DNA of 62,428 nt, the filler included. It is 4 parts of 4 records of this genome, joined end to end, with 100 filler letters (N's around TTAATTAATTAA, not from the genome) between each part and the next. Parts side by side here need not be neighbours in the genome. Positions count along the whole stretch, not along the records: positions 54,171 to 62,428 come from SRR22947727_6074; 3 more parts are not named here. One strand, given 5' to 3'. The number at the start of each line of letters is the position of its first letter. The first letter of the stretch is position 1. Below the pieces are notes generated by a model. That model saw nothing but the letters and a program-made list of their open reading frames with translations, was not told where the DNA came from and made no database searches. This document shows positions 57,101 to 62,428 of the stretch, piece by piece. The position numbers were made by a program, and so were the translations under genes.

Positions 57101-59582
57101 TGTTTTTTGTTATGGAGATTCAACAGCTTCAATAAAAGTAGACATCACTCAAGGTTCAGTTGCCCCTTACACCTATTCAATAAACGGAACTACATATTTA
57201 AACGAAAATTACAGTCAGTCTTTTGAGAGTATTTCTAATTTGACATATACTTTCACAAATCTTACAGCAGGCTCGTACTCAATTACTATTACTGATACAA
57301 ACGGAGCTAGTAAAACTTTATCAAAAGATATAAGAGGACCAGACAATCCTTTAGGATTAGAAGGCTCAACAACTGATATTACTTGTAATGGTGCAGCTGA
57401 TGGTATAATTGATATTACAGTTAGCGGTGGAGGTGGTTCTTCAAATCAATTTACGTACTTTTATTCATGGACAACTTTAGATGGAAGTGGTTTAGATTCA
57501 ACATCAGAAGATCAGTCTGGTTTAGGTCCTGGAACCTATACAGTTGTAGCAAAAGATATAAATGATTGTGAAATTACTAAATCATTTACCATAACTCAAT
57601 CGCCTCCATTAACGTATAATTTAGATTCAACTAAGAATATTACATGTAAAGGAGACAATGATGGTGAAATTAACATAACTGTCACTGGTGGAACAGGAAA
57701 TTACACATACGAGTGGTCGACCGAAAATGGTAGTGGATTAGCTCAAGATCAAGAAGATCAAAGCGGTTTAGGTCCTGGTAATTATAAGCTAATTCTTAGA
57801 GACGGCTGTAATACTTTTGAATATATATATACGATAACTACACCAGATTCTCTGGAAATTTCTTTAGACGAAAAAGTTAATGTTTTATGTCATGATGATA
57901 GTACGGGAAAAATTAATATTTCTGTAAGCGGAGGAACTCTTCCTTATAATTATGTTTGGAAAGATAATTTTGGAAACGTTTATGATAGAAATGTCGGAAA
58001 TGTATTTAATGATGGAGATCTATCAAATATTCCAGCAGGGCTGTATGATTTGACAGTTACAGATGCTAATTATTGTATTGCAACATATTCAACAGAAATT
58101 ACTCAGTCTGAAGATTTATTAATTCAAATTGATAAAACAGATTTAAATTGCTATGATTCTAATGACGGATCAATAAAAGTAACTCCTAGTGGCGGAGTTG
58201 CTCCTTATACTTATGCATGGAACGATTTTGGGAATGGAGATTTTAGACAAAATCTTTCAGCAGGCAGTTATCAAGTAACTATAACAGATTCTAATGGATG
58301 TATTGAAATTAGAGATGTTGAAATACTAAATGCTCCATTATTCGACGTAAATCCAATCGTCACTCCAGTGTCTTGTTTTGGAGCCAATGACGGCTCAATT
58401 GAACTTAACTTTGAAGGGGGCATAGCTCCAATAAGTTTTAATTGGACAGATGATTCTTCTGCCGGTCAAGTAAGAAATAATTTATCACCAGGCTTATATT
58501 CGGTTTTAATTACTGACGGTTCTGGATGCGAAATTCAAGAGGATTTTGTTATTATTGAACCTAAAGAAATTTCCATAGCAGGTGTTATAACTGATGCTAT
58601 TGACTGTGACAACCCAGAGAGTGGAAGCATAGACCTGCAGGTTTCAGGAGGAAATCTTCCTTACACTTTTTTATGGTCAAACGGAGCAACTACAGAAGAT
58701 GTTTCAAATTTACTAGCAAACAATTATTCAGTTAAAATCACTGACAGTAAAGGCTGTACTGCTGAAAAAGAATTTTCAATTAATAGACAAGAGGATTTAG
58801 AGATTAGTTTACAATCTGACTTTTTTGCTATATGTGAAACTAAAGAAGTATATCAAAAAAATATTGTAACGGTGCTCGGAGGGGTTGCTCCTTATACAAT
58901 AGAATGGTCAAATGGGCTTGTTTCTGGCGGTAATAATGAAATTATGGATACCAAAATTGAAGGATCCTATCAAGTGACAGTAACAGACTTTTTAGGGTGC
59001 TCTGAATCTTTAGTTTTTGATGTGACAACTCCAGTAATAGGATCTCCAGAGTTTGAATATGATTCTTTCTACTTGCAAACCTACGAAGCGTTAGCAGTCA
59101 ACGATCCAATAACATTTACTAATTTATCCTCTGAAGAATACACTAATGTTAGCTGGGATTTTGGAGATGGGAATACTTCGAATGAAGAAAACCCCGTACA
59201 TACTTACTCTAGAAGAGGTGAATACGATGTGACATTAACTGTTGAATTTATTTTGGGATGTTCTTATTCAATTACAAAAACCATTTATGTTGGTGATCCA
59301 TACGAAATTGTTATTCCTAATGCTTTTACACCTAACAATGATAATTTTAATGATGTGTTCAGACCGATATATTATGGATTTAAGAGTATCACTATTGGCA
59401 TATATGATACGTGGGGAACTTTAATTTATTCAGAAGAAACAACTGCAAATGAGATGACAGGATGGAATGGAAGAATTAAGGGCATGGAATCTGAAAATGG
59501 AAATTATTTTTACCAAATATCTGGTACAACTCACACAGATGAAGAGTTTAGTAAAAATGGTAGTTTTACCCTAATAAAATAA
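54171..59582 (+). CDS. Large SprB-repeat/PKD surface protein with T9SS type-B C-terminal domain (5' truncated, >=1803 aa)
   Basis: Frame open from 54171 (292 codons upstream of the track start; SDEITLTQPDNP...); 19 SprB-like repeats (C-G--DG-I-I-V-GG...Y-Y-W...L-AG-Y-V-VTD-NGC); PKD (WDFGDG...NPVHTY); IPNAFTPNND-ND-F...IYD-WG...GWNG...G-YFY. Confidence 0.92.
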   Translation, partial: SDEITLTQPDNPLAISESISNVLCFGQSNGEIDITVTGGTVNYSYQWSKQGDANYNATSQDITGLTPGTYTVVVTDANGCPKSKSFTVTQPDNLVISSIVSDYNGFEISGNDKNDAFIDLTVQGGTAPFSFSWTTNGGSGLDVNAEDQTKLGPGTYNVTVTDANGCPESAEYVIEEPDELDDNENIPTSNTFQISCNGDNDGAINITPSGGSGSYTFNWTSNVSNSGLVQGQEDQSNLKPGLYTLILTDSNGNRSTFNYTLTEPNAILIEAELSNYNGFGVSKQGASDGKIELSVTGGYLSSGEDYTYIWSTTNGSGLTQGEQDQTGLSAGTYEVIIKDSNDCEEEREYTLREPAELTLDLDLSVFGNFNIKCFGDDNGSIDLTITGGSGTYTIVWSTTDGGTGLVQGQEDQSGLGPGTYTVKVTDSNNVEVNKTVQITEPSLLELDSSIPLFNGYAISCNGGNNGSIDISPSGGTGAYTYTWSTTNGSGLTAGAEDQTGLTAGTYFLTLTDSNNCPTTESFVLQEPDAINISANLSNYNGFEVSGAGESDGEINITVGGGIEAYSYQWSTSDGSGLDVNAEDQTGLTAGTYTVLVTDQNLCAETKVYKLSEPDQLSFNKNVSIFVGGFNISCKDADDGSIDINPLGGSGTYTYIWSTNNGSGLVQGDQDQTGLGPGTYSFILRDSNGNESSQDFTLTEPNEVLLSSTISDYNNFEVSCFGGADGEIDISITGGTSVYTYNWTTSNGVGLVQGQQDQTGLTVGSYSVIVTDENGCSITKSFTLTSPNEIAIISTKKDYNGFNVSCNGSTDGEIDIEVSGGYLDTGAVYSYSWTTDGGSGLNPNTEDQTGLSAGSYTVIATDDNGCTMSQTIVITESDILNISEVISDYNGFQISEAGENDGSINISVSGGTSNYSYVWSTLDGSGLSINNEDQNSLTAGTYSVIVTDTNGCVINKEYTLIEPKELLISLDNDAYKNDVFCYGDSTASIKVDITQGSVAPYTYSINGTTYLNENYSQSFESISNLTYTFTNLTAGSYSITITDTNGASKTLSKDIRGPDNPLGLEGSTTDITCNGAADGIIDITVSGGGGSSNQFTYFYSWTTLDGSGLDSTSEDQSGLGPGTYTVVAKDINDCEITKSFTITQSPPLTYNLDSTKNITCKGDNDGEINITVTGGTGNYTYEWSTENGSGLAQDQEDQSGLGPGNYKLILRDGCNTFEYIYTITTPDSLEISLDEKVNVLCHDDSTGKINISVSGGTLPYNYVWKDNFGNVYDRNVGNVFNDGDLSNIPAGLYDLTVTDANYCIATYSTEITQSEDLLIQIDKTDLNCYDSNDGSIKVTPSGGVAPYTYAWNDFGNGDFRQNLSAGSYQVTITDSNGCIEIRDVEILNAPLFDVNPIVTPVSCFGANDGSIELNFEGGIAPISFNWTDDSSAGQVRNNLSPGLYSVLITDGSGCEIQEDFVIIEPKEISIAGVITDAIDCDNPESGSIDLQVSGGNLPYTFLWSNGATTEDVSNLLANNYSVKITDSKGCTAEKEFSINRQEDLEISLQSDFFAICETKEVYQKNIVTVLGGVAPYTIEWSNGLVSGGNNEIMDTKIEGSYQVTVTDFLGCSESLVFDVTTPVIGSPEFEYDSFYLQTYEALAVNDPITFTNLSSEEYTNVSWDFGDGNTSNEENPVHTYSRRGEYDVTLTVEFILGCSYSITKTIYVGDPYEIVIPNAFTPNNDNFNDVFRPIYYGFKSITIGIYDTWGTLIYSEETTANEMTGWNGRIKGMESENGNYFYQISGTTHTDEEFSKNGSFTLIK

Positions 59583-59585
59583 ATT

Positions 59586-60704
59586 ATGAAAAAACAATTA
59601 TTAATTATTTTACTATTTCCTTTTTTGCTTTTTTCTCAATCAAATAGTGATTGTAATTATAAAAAAAAATATGATAATGGAGATGTTTATGAGGGTTGTA
59701 GAGATGTTGAAGAAAGACGTAATGGAAAAGGTAAATATACATGGGCTGATGGCTCGTATTATAATGGGGAATGGGTTAATAACAAAAAAGAAGGAATAGG
59801 AGAATATAAATTTAAAGACGGCTCCATATTCAACGGTGATTGGGTTAATAATAAAAGAAATGGGCTTGGAAAATTTATAAGTTCAAGTGGGGATACTTAT
59901 TATGGATTCTATAAAAATGATATGAGAAATGGTGAGGGTAAACGCTCATACACTGTTGGGAACATTAAAGTATCACAAAATGGAATTTTTAAAAATGACA
60001 TGTTTTTTAGCGGAGAGTATTTACAATTAGATAGTATAGATGGAACAATAGTTAAAACAATCTTTGAAGATGGTGATAGAAAAAACTCTATTCAAACTTC
60101 CCCGGAGTTTACAATAAAAACAAAAGGATCATATTTTTCAAACGGGACTTTAAAGTCTGGGACAAAAACAGTGTTAAAAAAAAATGGAGAAGTAGTAGTT
60201 TCAGAATTTAAGAATGGAGATGAGGTTTTGAATAGTATTCGAAGCAACATTAAAAATTATTACAATGAAAACGATATTAAAGGTATTTTGGAGTCAATAA
60301 TTATAGATTTAGAGTTTGAGGAAAATGACAATACTAAGTATGTTAACCTAAGTTTTCTAACTAATAATAAAACCCAAACTGATAACGAAAGATTTATTTT
60401 TGATACTGGCGCTGAAATGTTTTCTATTGGTTATAATCTTTTTAACAAATTAAAAGAGAATGGATTAGATTATGTTGATTTAGGGATTGTAGTCCCAACA
60501 ATAGGAGTCAGAGGAGAAACAAGTGAAAACAATGTCATTATAATAAAAGAAATTAGAATAGGCGAATATAAATTAATGAATATTATTGCATTTGTTGAAA
60601 CGTTGGAAACAGCTAATTCCTCACTTTTGGGAATAGGATTTTTAAAGAAATTTAGTGAAGTTCAATGGTCTTTAATAAGTAATCAACTGATTTTGTATAA
60701 ATAG
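59586..60704 (+). CDS. Exported MORN-repeat protein with C-terminal clan AA (retropepsin-like) aspartic protease
   Basis: Signal peptide; G-G-Y-W-DG--Y-G-W-NNK MORN repeats; FIFDTGAE catalytic motif; SLLGIGFLKKF. Confidence 0.85.
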   Translation: MKKQLLIILLFPFLLFSQSNSDCNYKKKYDNGDVYEGCRDVEERRNGKGKYTWADGSYYNGEWVNNKKEGIGEYKFKDGSIFNGDWVNNKRNGLGKFISSSGDTYYGFYKNDMRNGEGKRSYTVGNIKVSQNGIFKNDMFFSGEYLQLDSIDGTIVKTIFEDGDRKNSIQTSPEFTIKTKGSYFSNGTLKSGTKTVLKKNGEVVVSEFKNGDEVLNSIRSNIKNYYNENDIKGILESIIIDLEFEENDNTKYVNLSFLTNNKTQTDNERFIFDTGAEMFSIGYNLFNKLKENGLDYVDLGIVVPTIGVRGETSENNVIIIKEIRIGEYKLMNIIAFVETLETANSSLLGIGFLKKFSEVQWSLISNQLILYK

Positions 60705-60744
60705 ATTTCAAGTAATAAAACACATTTCTTTATAGTAGTTGATT

Positions 60745-61827
60745 TTAAATCTTAACAAAAATCTTTCTTTTATACATCTGTTTTACAATTAAGTAAATAA
60801 AAAAGGTGTAAAAGAGCGCCCACATTAAAGAGATTAGTTGGGGATCAATCCCAGTTGAAATTCCAAAATCCATCCAGTTTTGCTGAATACCTCTTTCATT
60901 AAATATTGGAATTTGAAAAAGCCTCCAAAGCATTGAGTGTAAGACATAAGCAAAGATTGCATTCGATCCAAATACAATTCCAAAATGAAAGGGTTTAGTT
61001 TTCTTTTTTAAATCTATTGTCCAGATGCAACTTGCAAGAAAGAGCATAGCAAGACCAGAACTAAATAAAACATATGAACTTGTCCAGATGTGTTTATTCA
61101 TTGGAAAACTATAATCCCAAAGCATACCAAGACACATTGCACTAAATCCAACTACAAAAATTAAAATGATTTTATCTTTCAAATCCTTTGATTTGTTTAA
61201 AAGAACGTGTCCACAAAACATTCCAGATAAGCCAGTTGCGATCGCAGGAATTGTACTAAAGAAACCTTCTGGATCCCAAGTTTTTTGATACATCCTTCCT
61301 GGTGTGATAAACTGATCCACCCAAGCAGCAAAATTAGTTCCTGGCTCGAGTGTTCCAGCTAATACATTATCAAAAGGAATCTTTGTCATAAAAACCCAAT
61401 ATAGAAGAAGTAAAATAATCCCAATCCAAATTTGAACTAGAAAAGAGGAGTTAAGATAAATTACAGAACAGAAAAGGTAAACAAGAGCAATCCTTTGAAG
61501 AACTCCAGCTATTCTTAGATTTTCGAAATCGAAATTTGGAAATAACGCTAAAAAAAGCCCAATCGAAAAAATAATTATTGTTCTTTTTATGATTTTAAAA
61601 TAAATAGACTTGTCTGTTTTATTTCTTTTTGAAAGAGCTAAAACAATTGAAACTCCAACTATAAATAAGAAAAATGGAAATACTAAATCAGTAGGGGTAA
61701 CACCATGCCAATCAGCATGTCTTAACGGAGGATAAACATAAGACCAACTCCCAGGATCATTTACAACAATCATTGCAGCAATTGTGAGGCCTCTAAAAAA
61801 ATCTAATGAAATTAACCTTGAATTCAT
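60745..61827 (-). CDS. Heparan-alpha-glucosaminide N-acetyltransferase-like (HGSNAT/NagX-type) membrane protein
   Basis: RLISLDFFRG; HADWHG-TPTDLVFPFFLF; GVLQRIA; DPEG; PMNKHIWTSSY. Confidence 0.88.
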   Translation of the reverse strand: MNSRLISLDFFRGLTIAAMIVVNDPGSWSYVYPPLRHADWHGVTPTDLVFPFFLFIVGVSIVLALSKRNKTDKSIYFKIIKRTIIIFSIGLFLALFPNFDFENLRIAGVLQRIALVYLFCSVIYLNSSFLVQIWIGIILLLLYWVFMTKIPFDNVLAGTLEPGTNFAAWVDQFITPGRMYQKTWDPEGFFSTIPAIATGLSGMFCGHVLLNKSKDLKDKIILIFVVGFSAMCLGMLWDYSFPMNKHIWTSSYVLFSSGLAMLFLASCIWTIDLKKKTKPFHFGIVFGSNAIFAYVLHSMLWRLFQIPIFNERGIQQNWMDFGISTGIDPQLISLMWALFYTFFIYLIVKQMYKRKIFVKI

Positions 61828-61847
61828 TTAATCAAGGTACAAATTAT

Positions 61848-62428
61848 TTATAAGCCCAAACCCTCAAGATCCTCAGCCTCAGAGCTGTCTTCTTCTACAG
61901 GCTTTATAGTTTCACAATCAATGGGGATTGAAAGTTCTTCGGGAGCTAAAAAATCTTCTTTGGAAATACCTAGACCTTCATTTTCGTAACATTTTTTCAT
62001 AAACATTCCCCATATAGGAAGAGCCATAGTTGCGCCTTGCCCATAGGCGATAGTTTCAAAATGAGTTGCCCTGTCTTCAGCACCTACCCAAACACCGGTA
62101 ACTAAATTAGGAACCATCCCCATAAACCAACCGTCGCTTTGATTTTGAGTAGTACCTGTTTTTCCAGCAATTGCATTGTCAAAACTATAAGGATATCCTG
62201 TAACAACGTCTCTGTAAACTGGGTTTCTCTCTTCTTCAGGAATATTATGTCTTAATCTAGCTCCAGATCCAAATTTTGTTACACCCTCTAATAAATTAAC
62301 AGTAACATAAGCTGACTCAGCACCTATAACATCCTTAGTTTCGGGCGCAGATTGGTACAATAAGGTTCCGTTTTTATCTTCAATTCTAGAAACCATAGTT
62401 GGCTTAACATAAATTCCTTGGTTTGCAA
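61848..62428 (-). CDS. Penicillin-binding protein 1A, C-terminal part (5' end off the window)
   Basis: Frame open to the edge (ANQGIYVKPTMVSRIEDKNG); AGKTGTTQNQSDGWFMG; GVWVG; GATMALPIW. Confidence 0.9.
   Translation of the reverse strand, partial: ANQGIYVKPTMVSRIEDKNGTLLYQSAPETKDVIGAESAYVTVNLLEGVTKFGSGARLRHNIPEEERNPVYRDVVTGYPYSFDNAIAGKTGTTQNQSDGWFMGMVPNLVTGVWVGAEDRATHFETIAYGQGATMALPIWGMFMKKCYENEGLGISKEDFLAPEELSIPIDCETIKPVEEDSSEAEDLEGLGL

Noticed and set aside
54171-59000. Periodic DNA similarity as a CRISPR array or DGR-type repeat
   Set aside because: The ~260-nt period is in frame and degenerate at synonymous sites, so it is a protein repeat; no cas or reverse transcriptase genes

Overview
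This window is not one locus. It is four unrelated contigs joined by artificial 100-nt linkers (44 N + TTAATTAATTAA + 44 N, stops in all six frames) at 21980-22079, 43210-43309 and 54071-54170. Contig 1 (1-21979, Rhodobacteraceae/Roseobacter-like) carries the thiosulfate-oxidation cluster soxVW-XYZABCD with divergent soxS-soxR and two YeeE/YedE (SoxT-type) genes. A DsrE-like gene, a DUF302 gene and a partial hemA follow soxD; then come a TRAP transporter/amidase/dehydrogenase operon and a truncated autotransporter. Contig 2 (22080-43209, Rhodobacteraceae core) holds rseP-dxr-cdsA-uppS-frr-pyrH, miaA, a Dpp/Opp-type ABC system, ssb, aroB/aroK, xerD, corC, ialB, a NodE/NodF-like KAS/ACP pair and the lpxD tail, plus a candidate anti-Shine-Dalgarno sRNA. 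Contig 3 (43310-54070, apparently a different alphaproteobacterium, possibly SAR116-like) encodes purine catabolism, xsc divergent from a TauD-family gene with a TauR-like operator, and a Liv-type ABC system. Contig 4 (54171-62428, AT-rich, Flavobacteriia) encodes a >1800-aa SprB-repeat/PKD T9SS protein, a MORN-repeat aspartic protease, an HGSNAT-family protein and part of PBP1a. The most striking sequence-derived signal is in the SprB-like protein: cysteine presence/absence co-varies perfectly BETWEEN neighbouring repeats, implying inter-domain disulfide staples with four unstapled junctions. No rRNA, tRNA, CRISPR array or IS element was recognised. All family calls come from motif recognition by eye, not database searches.
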